Source of the DNA: Eledone cirrhosa
Lineage: Eukaryota
Length of the DNA: 64,000 bases
Assembly: GCA_964016885.1 (NCBI GenBank)
Contig: OZ024751.1
Span: 14,508,001-14,572,000, forward strand
Direction: 5' to 3'
Under the pieces are notes generated by a model. It did not search any database and had not been told where the DNA came from. It worked only from the letters and a program-made list of their open reading frames with translations. Positions 50,160 to 63,930 of the stretch are shown here, in pieces. Each line of letters begins with the position of its first letter. Position 1 is the first letter of the stretch. Made by a program: the position numbers and the translations under genes.

Positions 50160-51169
50160 TCGGTGTAGTAGTGTGTGTGTGTGTATGTCGATGTTGATGT
50201 AATAGTGTATGTGTGTTTTGTATGTCGGTGTTGATATAGTAGTGTATGTGTGTGTGAGTCTGTGTGTGTCGGTGTTGATGTAGTAGTGTATGTGTGTATG
50301 TGTGTCGGTGTTGATGTAGTAGTGTACGTGTGTGTGTGTTGATGTAGTAGTGTATGTGTGTGTGTGTCTGTCTGTGTTGATGTAGTAGTGTATGTGTGTG
50401 TGTGTCTGTCTGTGTTGATGTAGTAGTGTGTGTGTGTGTGAGTATGTCTGTGTTGATGTAGTAGTATAAGTGTGTGTGTGTGTGTCAATGTAGTAGTGTA
50501 TATGTATGTGTGTGTGTGTCGATGTAGTAGTGTATGTGTGTGTGTTGATGTAGTAGTACATATATGTGTGTTGATGTAGTAGTATATATGTGTGTGTGTT
50601 GATGTAGTAGTACATATATGTGTATGTGTTGATGTAGTAGTACATATATGTGTATGTGTTGATGTAGTAGTACATATATGTGTATGTGTTGATGTAGTAG
50701 TACATATATGTGTATGTGTTGATGTAGTAGTACATATATGTGTATGTGTTGATGTAGTAGTACATATATGTGTATGTGTTGATGTAGTAGTACATATATG
50801 TGTATGTTGATGTAGTAGTACATATATGTGTGTGTGTTGATGTAGTAGTGTATATATGTGTATGTGTTGATGTAGTAGTACATATATGTGTATGTGTTGA
50901 TGTAGTAGTACATATATGTGTATGTGTTGATGTAGTAGTACATATATGTGTGTGTTGATGTAGTAGTACATATATGTGTGTGTTGATGTAGTAGTACATA
51001 TATGTGTGTGTTGATGTAGTAGTACATATATGTATGTGTTGATGTAGTAGTACATATATGTGTGTGTTGATGTAGTAGTACATATATGTGTGTGTTGATG
51101 CAGTAGTACATATATGTGTGTGTTGATGTAGTAGTACATATGTGTGTGTGTTGAGTGTTGATGTAGTAG

Positions 51170-51200
<31 letters not shown>
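50160..51200. repeat. 28-30-bp minisatellite
   Basis: GTTGATGTAGTAGTACATATATGTGTATGT. Confidence 0.93.
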
Positions 51201-51201
<1 letters not shown>

Positions 51202-51520
51202 GACGAAGGATCAAATTATTAAAGAAACAACAAGGTATCAAAGGTCTTTCTTGAAAGAAATATTTGGAGAGTTAGAGAGAGAGAGAGAGAGTTAGAAAGA
51301 GAGAGTTAGAGAGAGAGAGAGAGTGAGAGTTAGAGAGAGAGAGTGAGAGTTAGAGAGAGAGAGAGTTAGAGAGTGAGAGAGTGAGTTAGAGAGAGAGAGG
51401 GTGAGAGAGTTAGAGGGTGAGAGAGAGCTAAATTAAAGAGAGAAAGAGAGAGAGATACATAGAACTAAATTAGAGAGAGAGAGCTACAGCTAGAGAGATA
51501 GAGAGAGATAGATAGATATG

Positions 51521-52267
51521 TTTCTTTATTAGCCACAGGGGCACAAAAGAAGGGAACAAATACAAAGGGGGAAGTTTACATACAATAAAAACGTGTAAAA
51601 TATCACAAATGCAATTTAAAAATTAGTCGATTTTCCCCAATAGGGGGAGACATTACATATGGATAACGCATACCCCCGAAAAAATGTGCAACCCTCATCT
51701 CCAGGATTACGAAGAGTTTGTACCCCTTTCCTCTCTTCCTCAACCTACAGGCTGATATAGAGAGAAGGCCCATTCACTCGGGCCATTCTCGCCACTTTCA
51801 CCCACCTTTCATAAAACTTGCTGGGGTACAGCACCTCTCTCTCCATCCTGATTCTTCTTCTAAAATGGTATTTGAAAAAAAGAATCAGTTGTTGGCCGGA
51901 GAGAAAGGTGTCTGACCTCAGCCCTTTCAGCCTTGTCCACCATATAACCTTTGTCGCCATAGCTATCACACAAAGAAAAACCGCCTCTCCTTCGATTTTG
52001 AAGGAGGGTGGCGGTTTGATCATGACAATGGACTCGGTGGTCAACTGGATTGGTCCCACCCGCGACAATAGTCGGTCCACATAGCCCCACAGGTCGGTAA
52101 TGCCCGGGCAGTGTATGAATGCGTGCGCGACGGTTTCCTCGTCTCGCACGCACCTCGGACAGATCTTTTTCGCAGGGTCCCTGCCCGGGTGGCCATGTCT
52201 GTAGAGCTTGTCTCGAACTGGTAGAGCTCCTCGGTAGCACTGCCAGGCCAGGGACTTTTGGAAGTTG
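51521..52267 (-). mobile_element. 3' fragment of an L1/Tx1-clade LINE (zf-RVT region + 3'UTR)
   Basis: Translates [45 protein letters not shown], a CCHC zf-RVT pattern. Ends in AATAAAGAAA and sits in a GA/GATA microsatellite. Confidence 0.82.
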
Positions 52268-52271
52268 AGAG

Positions 52272-52338
<67 letters not shown>

Positions 52339-52532
52339 GAATTATGTGGATAGCCAGAGGAAGAAAGGATAAAGAAAAGATCATCATCATCATCATCATT
52401 ATTATCAACATAACTATTACAGTCATGGAGGTAGTTTGTATCCATAGGAATATTATGTATATACACATACATACATATATATACACACATACATACATAG
52501 ACATATATATACACACATACATACATATATAT

Positions 52533-52577
<45 letters not shown>

Positions 52578-52888
52578 CATACACATATATATATACATAC
52601 ACATACACATATATATATACATACACATACACATATATATATATACATACACATACACATATATATATATACATACACATATATATATATATACATACAC
52701 ATATATATATACATACACATATATATATACATACACATACATATATATATACACATACATACATATATATATACACATACATATATATATACATATACAT
52801 ACATATATATATATACACATACATACATGCATATATATATACACATACATACATATATATATACACACACATACATATATATATATAT

Positions 52889-52938
<50 letters not shown>

Positions 52939-52951
52939 GTATATATATAAT

Positions 52952-53298
52952 GGAGGCACATGGCTTAGTGGTTAGAGCATTGGCCTTGCAATCGAAAGGT
53001 TGTGAGTTCAATTCTCAGACCGGGTGATGTGTTGTTTCCTTGAGCAAGACACTTTATTTCACATTGCTCCAGTTTACTCAGCTGTAGAAATGAGATGATA
53101 GGGATTGGGGTCCCTATCATTCCACTGCAAAGTGGTCGTGGAGGTGCCACGGCATAAAACCACCCAGCACTCACTGTAAATGAGGTTGGTGTTAGGAAGG
53201 GCATCCAGCTGTAGAAATCAAGCCAGAATCAGTTCCCGTCCCACCCTTGCAAGCAGGGAAAAAGCGGACGTAAAATGAAATGATGATGATGATGATGA
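52952..53298 (+). mobile_element. SINE family A, full length
   Basis: Same structure as 8319-8662. Confidence 0.92.
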
Positions 53299-53411
53299 TA
53301 TATACACATACATATATATATATATATATACACATACATATATATATATATATACACACACACACATATTATATATATATATATATACATACATATATAT
53401 ATACACATACA

Positions 53412-53469
<58 letters not shown>

Positions 53470-54480
53470 TATACACGTATCTGTTAGAGTTCATTATTTA
53501 TACGACACAACAGACAACAACAGACAACAACACGCAGCACGGACAATAAAAGAAATATTTTAAATAGAAAAACTTATAGCTTCTCAATGTAATTGTTGAA
53601 GCGATGACGACAGACATCTTAAGAAAAAGTTATTGATTTTCACAAATGACTATAAACACATACTATTTCACCGGAGACTTATCAGCAAACGTACAATTAC
53701 TAGAGCAGAAGGCAGCCGTAGACAATGGTAAAACTGGAGGCTTTTGAATATTCGGTCTAATTACTGGAAGAAATATGGTGAAAACACCTCAAACACAATG
53801 GTGTATATTGCTTTATGGCTTTACAGTAGAATATTGGAATTCAAATACTAAAAATGAACAGATTATATATATATATATATATATAAACTCTTCTCTCCCC
53901 ACAACCACCACTACTATCACATATTCTTCACATTAACCAACCCCTTCCAGCATTCCACCAATTCCCATCGTTATACACAAACATATATACATCTATAGGC
54001 ACACACATACACACATATATATATATATAAACACACACACACACACTAGAAGACAAGTAAGAGGTGGTGGTGGAAGTGGTGAAAAATGGTTTTGTTTCTA
54101 TAAGAATGAAATCTGAAATCTTTTGAGAGAAGGGGTTAGAGAGGGAAGGGTGAGTGGTAGAGTCTTTGACTAGTTAAAAGTGGAAATAAATGATTGGAAT
54201 AAAATAAGGAGAGTGTAAGTATATATATATGATGGTTGCCCCCTTGTTATCGAGTATGGCCGTTGCACGATATACCATTATTAATAATTATCAATTAATT
54301 CTATCGTGCAATGCCTGTGCGTGAAGATATTTTTTAAAGTGAGGAAAGACTGTGCACTGAGCCAATCCCACTCTCTGAGCAACAGTAGCTATAACTCGAA
54401 AAGATGAAAAGATCAACATCAGGGCATATATATGCATACACGCATGCATACACAGCTACTGACAGACACACACACATATA

Positions 54481-55714
54481 CAGGGTGCGGACGATATTTA
54501 TTCGCAAGATTACTGTCTAGGAAAAAATAACACAGTAGTTTTATTTTTTAAGATATATTTATCAAACTTGGGTTAGTTTGTCTTCATGACTTGTTCTTTC
54601 GATCTCACTTGATAAACCCGCCATTGGCTTTGATGACGGCCTCAAGGCGACCTCGGAACTGGCTACAGGCCTTCGTCACTGTCCCCCGACTTAGGCCTCT
54701 AAAGGCATTTGTGATCCTGGCCTTCAGATTATCTTTCGTATTGCAGCTAGATCTGTTGGTGTCTCATTCCACTGCGCCCCACACAAAGAAGTCGAGGGTG
54801 TTGCAGTCAAGCGAGCTGGGACGCCAGATGTCAGGTGAAGTGTGGTCGACGAAGTTCTCTGACAGCCAGGCTTGGGTCTTTCGGCTGGTATGGCAGGGCG
54901 CTGAGTCTTGCTGCCACACGTACGGCCTACCTGCAGCTACCTGGTTGATCCAGCGCTTTACTACCTCGCTCAGAACGCGGATGTAGCTATCGGTGTTCAG
55001 CTTGAGGCCCTCAGGGAAGAAGTGAGGTGGCATGACGTCATCTTGACTGCTGACGACACCTAAGACCAATGTTGTCGCTGGAAACTTTGTCTGCATGACT
55101 CTGGGCACATCTTCGGATGAGACAGCGAGCCACCTGTTGCTCTGGGAGTTGATCTTCTGGTCTTGGCAGAAGTTTTTCTCGTCGGAGAAAAACCACAGCA
55201 TGTCTAGCTCCAGTGGGTGTTTCAACTTGTTGATCAGCTTCTTTGTGTGCTTCAGTCACTTTTCTTGCATCGCCTTTGACAGAAATTGTCCTTTCCTCAT
55301 CTTGTATGAAACGTAGCAAATGTCTTCATGTACCACCAGCCTAATGAGCTTTTCATCCACGCCTTTCTCCCTTGCAATGGCACGCATTGACTTGCTAGGT
55401 TCATTGTTGATGATATCCTGAACTTCAGCGACGAACTCAGTTGTTCTGAAGGTGTCAGATCGTTGATCATGTGTTTTCCTCTCTGATGTTGCTTTGTAGT
55501 CGAATCCTGAGTCTTCCAATTCCTTTCTGACTTTTTCCACCATTCTCCTACTGACGCCGAGAAAGTCTGAAATTTCCTTATTTGCCTCCCGGCACGGATT
55601 CCGAGAAGAACTACGTGTCTCTTCCACAAATTTGGAGGTTCAAAATTAATCATTATCAATTATTCTGAAAATAAATAATGGAAGTATAGTCACTGTTTTT
55701 ATGAAGACAAGAGT
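54481..55714 (-). mobile_element. Degenerate Tc1/mariner-superfamily transposon, DD37D (maT) type
   Basis: Frameshifted transposase: HTH region (55256-55627), then FSDEK..QQDSAPCH..SSLDCNTLD with 37 residues between the 2nd and 3rd D. TA|CAGGGTG terminus at 54479-54487. The other terminus was not found. Confidence 0.88.
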
Positions 55715-55994
55715 GACCGGGTGATGTGTTGTTTCCTTGAGCAAGACACTTTATTTCACATTGCTCCAGTTTACTCAGCTGTAGAAATGAGATGATAGGG
55801 ACTGGGTTCCCTATCATTCCACTGCGAAGTGGACGTGGAGGTGCCACGGCAAAAAAGCACCCAGCACTCACTGTAAATGAGGTTGGTGTTAGGAAGGGCA
55901 TCCAGCTGTAGAAATCAAGCCAGAATCAGTTCCCGTCCCACCCTTGCAAGCAGGGAAAAGCGGACGTAAAATGAAATGATGATGAATGATGATG

Positions 55995-55995
<1 letters not shown>
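55715..55995 (+). mobile_element. SINE family A lacking the tRNA head
   Basis: Starts at GACCGGGTGATGTG. Body and tail are intact. Confidence 0.88.
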
Positions 55996-56025
<30 letters not shown>

Positions 56026-56069
56026 TTCATGCACACACACACACAATGTATATACTGCCACAGACACAC

Positions 56070-56122
<53 letters not shown>

Positions 56123-56214
56123 TACTACTGATGTGTTTTAATGACAAAGAGAAGGTTGTGTTGGTTCCTTATTTGGAAGAGATTTCAGAGATAAGTCTGA
56201 TTAGGAGTGTTAAA

Positions 56215-57090
56215 GTGGTGGTGGTGGCGCAGATGGAGGTGATGCTGTTGGTGGTTGTGATAGTGGCAGTGGTGGTGGAGGAGATGGTGTTGGTGGTTGT
56301 GATAGTAGCAGTGGTGGTGGTGGTTTTGGTGGTGGTGGAGGAGGTGGTTTTGGTGGTGGTGAGGAGGTGGTTTTGGTGGTGGTGAGATGGTGTTGGTGGT
56401 GGTGATAGTGGCAGTGGTGGTGGTGGAGGAGATGGTGTTGGTGTTTGTGATAGTAGCAGTGGTGGTGGTGGAGGAGATGGTGTTGGTGGTTGTGATAGTG
56501 GCAGTGATGGTGGTGGAGGAGATGGTGTTGGTGGTTGTGATAGTGGCAGTGATGGTGGTGGAGGAGATGGTGTTGGTGGTTGTGATAGTGGCAGTGGTGG
56601 AGGAGATGGTGTTGGTGTTTGTGATAGTGGCAGTGGTGGTGGTGGAGGAGATGGTGTTGGTGGTTGTGATAGTGGCAGTGGTGGTGGAGATGGTGGTGGA
56701 GATGGTGTTGGTGGTTGTGATAGTGGCCTTGGTGGTGGTGGAGGAGATGGTGTTGGTGGTTGTGATAGTGGCAGTGGTGGTGGAGGAGATGGTGTTGGTG
56801 GTTGTGATAGTGGCAGTGGTGGTGGTGGAGGAGATGGTGTTGGTGGTTGTGATAGTGGCAGTGGTGGTGGAGGAGATGGTGTTGGTGGTTGTGATAGTGG
56901 CAGTGGTGGTGGTGGAGGAGATGGTGTTGGTGGTTGTGATAGTGGCAGTGGTGGTCTTGGTGGTGGAGGTGATGGTGTTGGTGGTTGTGATGGTGGCTTT
57001 GGTGGTGGTGGCGTTGATGGAGGTGATGGTGTTGGTGGTGGCGGTGGTGGTGGCGGTGGTGGAGGTGATGGTTGTTGTGGTGGTGGAGCC
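56215..57090. repeat. ~42-48-bp GGT-rich minisatellite
   Basis: GGAGGAGATGGTGTTGGTGGTTGTGATAGTGGCAGT(GGT)n. Confidence 0.93.
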
Positions 57091-57684
57091 ATTTTTATAT
57101 CATCATCATTATCATCGATTAACGGCTATCTTTAACTCTAGCATGGGTTAGAGGGGTTTGTCCCATTTAGAGGTAAGTTGGGTCGGGTGACCGTGTCTCG
57201 CTCATATAGGAGAGTTTCTGGCTGGTTTTCTACGGCTGGATGCCCTTCCTAACGCCAACCACATTTACAGTGTGCGCTGGGTACTTTTTGTTGTGACATC
57301 TACATGATAAATGTTGCACAGAAATAACAAACCCACCACTGGAACCTAAATAAAGATTAGATATTAAATATAAAAGGTCAAAAGTATTCTACATTTGTGT
57401 CAAAGACATGACAACCTCCCTAGTGTTGTTCGATCTACATGATAAATAGTCCTAGTACACTTTGTAAAGAGGTTGGTGACAGGAAAGGTACCTAGCTGTA
57501 GAAAACCTGCCAATGAAGGGGTTGGGAGGACTCTTCAGCTGTGTCAAAGAGATAACAACCTCTCAAGTGCTGGTAGCATGACAGAATGTAAAGCAAGACC
57601 CCAGCCCATCTAAGTAGCCCTGCTTGAGTATTGATTTGGTCTGTGAAGACCACGTCTTACCATTGATAGCAGGGAAAATAGACA

Positions 57685-57899
57685 TTAACCTTTTAGCATT
57701 TAAACCGGCTGCATCCAGACAGAATCTCTCACCTCTTTCTATTCAAACCGGCCATAACTGGCTACTCATACTGATGTTAAGGTATTGTTCTCAAAATAAA
57801 TAATATCAAACTCTCGTAGATTCCATATTATATGAGATAAAGCATTTAGCATGAAGATATAATAGTAAATATAGAGTAATGTAAATGTTAATGGGTTAA
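57685..57899. mobile_element. piggyBac-type MITE
   Basis: TTAACCTTTTAGCATTT...ATGGGTTAA. Confidence 0.78.
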
Positions 57900-58204
57900 G
57901 GGACTTCACCCTATGTTATAAGCTATTTTATAACACACCACTCTTTATATTAATTTTAACCCCTCAGCACTTCGTAAAAGTCTGAGAGATTGGCTACAAT
58001 AGTAAATATAGAGTAATGTAAATGGTGAAGGGTTAAATGGTAATTGCTTTAGTTTCAACACATGGCCTGAGATCAAGTCACTTGTCAATGAAGTACTATC
58101 CTAAAATTGCAAGAGCTTCGACCAGCTACAAAAACCTCCATGGACACACATCATCATTATCATCGTTTATCATCCATTTTTCCATGCCAGCATGGGTATA
58201 TACG

Positions 58205-58518
58205 TAGTCAGTAGGCACTTCTTAACCCAATATACAGCCCATGCCTCTACTTCATCCTCCCATTTCTGTCCACTGTAAAGTGGTTGTGTAGGTGACACGA
58301 CAAAAAGCACCCAGTCCACACTGTAAAGTGGTCGGGTAGAAGACACAGTAAAAAGGCTCCGTCTACACTGTATAAGTGGTTGGTGTTAGGAAGAGCATCC
58401 AACTGTAGAAAACCTGCTAGGCACAGTTTTGTACGAGCAAGACATGGTCACCCGACCAATCTTGCCTCAAGTGGGGCAAACCCGTCCAACCCATGCTAGC
58501 ATGGAAGATAGATGCTAA

Positions 58519-58548
<30 letters not shown>
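58205..58548 (+). mobile_element. RTE LINE 3'UTR fragment
   Basis: Matches 7160-7548. Confidence 0.85.
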
Positions 58549-58549
<1 letters not shown>

Positions 58550-58562
58550 GTGTATGTATGTA

Positions 58563-58932
58563 TGAGGGCAATCCCAAAAGTAAGGTCTCCGATATTGCAA
58601 CTTTTCCGTTAAAATGCTGTGGATGGTGCTTCGGGAAACCTCAGGAACCAGAGCATCCAGAGTGGTCCGCCAATCTTTACGCATGTCTTCCTCGGAAGGA
58701 GACCTTACTTTTAGGATTGCCCTCTATATAATAACTGCGCGAAATTTGCACTTGGCGGTAGCGTTCAATGGGAGCTCCCTTCTCAACGGCTGCCAAGCCA
58801 AGATTGAAGCGCGCGCATGCTTGTTTGGGAGTGAAGGAAGCACCAATCACAACAGTGTTGCCAACAGCCGTACGAACAGTTTCTCTGCGTCCCCATCACT
58901 TTGGAAACCTTACTTTTGGGATTACCATATAT
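58563..58932 (-). mobile_element. Internally deleted mariner element(s)
   Basis: TA|TGAGGGCAATCCCAAAAGTAAGGTCTCC...GGAGACCTTACTTTTAGGATTGCCCTC at 58563-58724 encloses the transposase HTH piece RKDWRTTLDALVPEVSRSTIHSILTEKLQYR. A third TIR copy lies at ~58902-58928. Confidence 0.8.
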
Positions 58933-59256
58933 GTATATGATAGCTGCAAACTCTGCTAAGAGTATATTGCAATTGCTTGTCAAATTATAGAGTTTGGTGC
59001 ACTTTTAGGCTACGCCCAGCCACACGAACCTGTAACATATTCTGAACAAGCAATGCCTGTACTTTAAAGGTTTTTTAAGTGGGGCAAGGCCTTGCACTCT
59101 ACCAATCCCACTCCCTGAGCATCGAAACACTACCCGAAAAGGAGAACTATTCAACATCATTGGATGCTTCCGGAGCCGTAGGTTTTTTTTCCAGAGTCTC
59201 CTTCACTTAGAAAGGGGTTTTTTGTGACAACAACTGGGGTCTTTCACTCACATGTG

Positions 59257-59287
<31 letters not shown>

Positions 59288-59784
59288 CTATTTGAATGGC
59301 AGTTGTCTCTGCTGAGTTCCTCCGCCCTTTTATTTCATCCCGCAGGGTGTCCAAATATGACCCTCCTCACCAAGCAAGCTTGGTGGGGTTGCTGGTTTAT
59401 GGCCGACAACCCGACCATGGGACAGGTTGTACTGGGTTACATGTTACCAGTAGCACTCGAGTACGACCTGACATACATATATACACATATACACACGCAT
59501 ACGTATTCAACAGTAGTTATATATATATATATATGTATGTATATATATATACACATACAACAGTAGCTATATAAATGGGTGTGTATGCATTTTTTTTTTT
59601 TATGTTTATATAAATGGTTAATTAAGCAGTCAGTTAGTATAAAAATAACTTTTTTACTATTATTTAATTCACTTTTCCTGAAAACACAATTTTAATTATT
59701 CGATATTTAATTGAGATTTTGTAAAATAGATAATTATCTGATTAAAATTGGCTATGTATTTTTATAATCTTATTTTGATGTCGT

Positions 59785-60735
59785 GATTGATGGTGGTGTT
59801 GGGTGTTCGGTGGTGATGTGATGGTGGTGGGTGTTCGGTGGTGATGTGATGGTGGTGGGTGTTCGGTGGTGGTGCTGGTGATGCTGATGATGTGGTGATG
59901 GTGCTGTTGATGGTGGTGATAATGATGTTGGAGGTGGGGATGGTGTTGAAGATGGTGATGATATTGGAGGTAACTGTGATGATGGCAGTTGTGATGGTGG
60001 TGTTGGTAGTGGTGATGATGTCAGCGGTGTTGGTGGTGGTGATGTTGGAAGTGATTGTGGTGTGAGATTTAATATTACATAGCACAGCAATGATTCAGCA
60101 GTTTTTATAGGAACTCTGCTAACTGTAAATTCATAAAAGCAGACATTATCACTATTAACACCATCACCACTACCACCACTACCACTACCACCCCCACCAT
60201 CACTACCACTACCACCATTACCCCCACCACCACTACCATCATCATTACCACTACCACCATTACCCCCACCACCACCATCATCCTCATTACCACTACCACC
60301 ATCACTACCATTACCACCATTACCCCCACCAAACCACAATCACCATCACTACCACCACCACCATCATCATTACCACTACCACCATTACCCCCACCACCAC
60401 CATCATCCTCATAACCACTACCACCATCACTACCACCATTACCCCACCCCCACCACCATTACCCCCACCACCACCACCATTACCCCCACCACCACCATCA
60501 TCATTACCACTACCACCATCACTACAATCACCACCATCACTACCACCATTACCCCCACCACTACCACCATTACCCCCACCACCACCACCATTACCCCCAC
60601 TACCACCATCACTACCACCATTACCCCCACCACTACCACCATTACCCCCACCACCACCACCATTACCCCCACTACCACCATCACTACCACCATTACCCCC
60701 ACCACTACCATCACTACAGTCACCACCACAATGAT
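59785..60735. repeat. Opposed (GGT/GAT)n and (ACC/ATC)n low-complexity tracts
   Basis: G-rich tract at 59785-60062 and C-rich tract at 60158-60730. Confidence 0.88.
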
Positions 60736-60821
60736 TGTTATTATTATTACAATAGGACAGTAACTTGGCAGAACCATGACAATACTGAGGAAATTGCCAT
60801 GGCTACTCATTATTACTATTA

Positions 60822-61322
60822 TTATCGGTAGAGGGTCGGACGCCATGCTTTGATGCAAAGAGTTACGGCCCTTACCATTCTGAGTTCATATTCCGCCGAG
60901 GTTAACTTTGCCTTTCATCCTTACGGGGTCGATAAAATAAAGTACCAGTAATACACTGAGATAATTGCTGGCCTTGTGCCAAAAGTAGAAACAATTATTA
61001 TTAAGGCAGATTGGCAGAGTCGGTAGTGCGTCAAGCAACATGCTTTGCAGCACAGAGTTATGGCCTTTTGTGTTTTGTGTTCAAATCCAGCCGAGGTTAG
61101 CTTTGCCTTTCATCCTTATGGGGTCGATGGAATAAAGTACCAGTAATGCACTGGGGTTGATTTAATCGACTTTCTCCTCTTCCCAAATTGCTGGCCTTGT
61201 GTCTATAGTAGAAACCAACTAAGGCAGAATCGGTAGAGCGTTGGGCAAAATGCTCTGCAGCATTTGTTCTCTAATTCTTTAGTGAAATCTTGCCATGGTC
61301 AACTTTGCCTTTCATTCTTTTG
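60822..61322 (+). mobile_element. Three tandem SINE family B copies
   Basis: Copies at ~60822-61000, 61005-61216 and 61222-61322. Confidence 0.85.
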
Positions 61323-61594
61323 AATTACAAATCTATGAAATGATGAAAGGTGAGAAAATTCTTTCTGGATACGGTCAGTTTAAATGCTAAGGGGTTAAAG
61401 TAAGTTGTGACGTTTGTTTACGTACTGCATAAACAATATACCATACAGTTTAATGGTTCAGTGGAGATGAGAAGGATATAGCTTACTTAAAAACTGCCCC
61501 GAAAAGCCACATCCAACCCATGCCAACATGGAAAAAAGATGATGATGATGATGATGATGATGAAGCAACAGAGTAAAATTTTCAACAATTTCAC

Positions 61595-62520
61595 ATCATT
61601 ACTACATGACCACCAATACTAGTTTTACATTACTAACGACCACCAATACTAGTTTTACATTACATGAACACCAATACTAGTTTTACATGACATGAACACC
61701 AATACTAGTTTTACATTACTAACGACCACCAATACTAGTTTTACATTACATGAACACCAATACTAGTTTTACATTACATGAACACCAATACTAGTTTTAC
61801 ATGACATGAACACCAATACTAGTTTTACATTACTAACGACCACCAATACTAGTTTTACATTACATGAACACCAATACTAGTTTTACATTACATATGGAGG
61901 CACATGGCTTAGTGGTTAGAGCATTAGCCTTGCAATCGAAAGGTTGTGAGTTCAATTCTCAGACCGGGTGATGTGTTGTTTCCTTGAGCAAGACACTTTA
62001 TTTCACATTGCTCCAGTTTACTCAGCTGTAGAAATGAGATGATAGGGACTGGGATCCATATCATTCCACTGCAAAGTGGTCGTGGAGGTGCCACGGCAAA
62101 AAAGCACGCAACACTCACTGTAAATGAGGTTGGTTTGAGGAAGGGCATCCAGCTGTAGAAATCAAGCCAGAATCAGTTCCCGCCCCACCCTTGCAAGCAG
62201 GGAAAAGCGGATGTAAAAATGATGATGATGATGACCACCAATACTAGTTTTACATTACATGACCACCAATACTAGTTTTACACTACTAACAACCACCGAT
62301 ACCAGTTTTACACTACTAACGACCACCAATACTAGTTTTACATTACTAATGACCACCAATACTAGTTTTACACTACTAACGACCACCAATACCAGTTTTA
62401 CACTACTAACGACCACCGATACCAGTTTTACACTACTAACGACCACCAATACTAGTTCTTCACTACTAACGACCACCGATACCAGTTTTACATTACACGA
62501 CCACCTATAATAGTTTTACA
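61595..62520. repeat. 28-30-bp minisatellite interrupted by a family A SINE
   Basis: GACCACCAATACTAGTTTTACATTACTAAC occurs on both sides of 61896-62233. Confidence 0.92.
61896..62233 (+). mobile_element. SINE family A, full length
   Basis: Same structure as 52952-53298. Confidence 0.92.
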
Positions 62521-63240
62521 TTAGTCACGCTAAATATATTTAAAATTAAATATAGAATTTTAATTATAATAAAGCAGACTGTCTAAGCAATGTGGATTCT
62601 TCTTTCTATTATATTTGATTGCTCGAGCTACAAACTAAACTATATTTACTTACAATATTGACTGTTTTCATGTACAAATGAAATATAAGATTCTTAATCT
62701 CTTTGTTCACTGTTGAGTCTGGCTGGTTTGTATAGTGACTAACTTGGTCACAATATCAATACAACAGCATTAACAGGTTGTAAGAGATGGGGTGGGGTGG
62801 TAAGATATACCATTGTGACTACTGTGTGTGTGTGTGTATATATATATACACACATCCATATTTATATGTATATATATATATATGATGGCTGCCCCTTCGT
62901 TATCGAGTATGGCCATTGCATGATATACCATTATTAATAATTATTAATTAATTCTATTATGCAATGCCTGAAGATATTTTTTAAAGTGAGGAAAGACTGT
63001 GCACTGAACCAATCCCACTCTCTGAGCAACAGTAGCTATAACCCGAAAAGATGAAAAGATCAACATCATCGGTAACTACTGAGCCGCAGGTTTTATGTCG
63101 GAGTTATCCCAGTTTCCTGAGTTGTCTTCTCCTAGAAGAATGCCCTGTCAAAGACTAGGGGTCCTTTGTGGTTTAACCACGCGATCGGGTGTCCAGCCCA
63201 ACTATTTCTATGTCCCCGCGCATATACATACATACACACC

Positions 63241-63930
63241 ATCATCATCATCATCATCATCGTTTAACGTCTATCTTCCACGCTAGCATGAGTTTAGACG
63301 GGAATTGTCCCATGTGAAGCAGGATTGGTTGTCTTGTGGGTTTTCTACGGCTGGATGCCCTTCCTAACACGAACCACGTTTACAGTGTGGACTGGGAGGT
63401 TTTTACCGTGTTACCTACATGGCCATATTACAGCGTGGACTGTGTTTTTTTGTTGTGACACCTACACGATCTCATTTATTTAGGACTGGATGTTGTGGTA
63501 CCAACATAACTTTACAGAGAAAGGGATGGTGTTGATGGGGGTGGGGGTAGGGGTAGTGGGATAGGGGTGTATTTTGGTAAGAGGTGCCTACTGACTGTAG
63601 GTTTCGCTTTGTCCTTAGGCAAGGCGGGTCTTCTGTATTACTGCGTAGCGCCAAAGATCTCGGTCCAGTGACATTGTCTTGGAGAGGTGTAAGTGTGTAA
63701 GGTCGGAATTTATCAAATCGTCCCAGGTTTTTCTGGATCTGCCTACTCCGTAGCTTCCATCTATTTTGATCGCCCTGCACTTTCTTATACAGCTGTCGTC
63801 TTTCATGCGCATCACGTGACCGTACCAATGTAGTCCTCTCTCGAGTAAACAGCATCTGATCCCTCTTATTCATAATTTCTCCCTTAGTTCGTTTATGCTT
63901 TGCTGTTCACGTATATTACTATTACACATA
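63241..63930 (-). mobile_element. 3' fragment of an RTE LINE
   Basis: Encodes MRMKDDSCIRKCRAIKIDGSYGVGRSRKTWDDLINSDL, followed by the 3'UTR and (GAT)n. Confidence 0.9.

Noticed and set aside
56169-57151. Extensin-like Pro-rich 307-aa ORF and its Val-rich antisense ORF
   Set aside because: This is a GGT-based minisatellite with unit length divisible by 3. It has no unique domain or splice support.
63535-63570. G-quadruplex-like run
   Set aside because: It is the antisense of the C-rich RTE 3'UTR segment also seen at 7190-7240, so it is not locus-specific.
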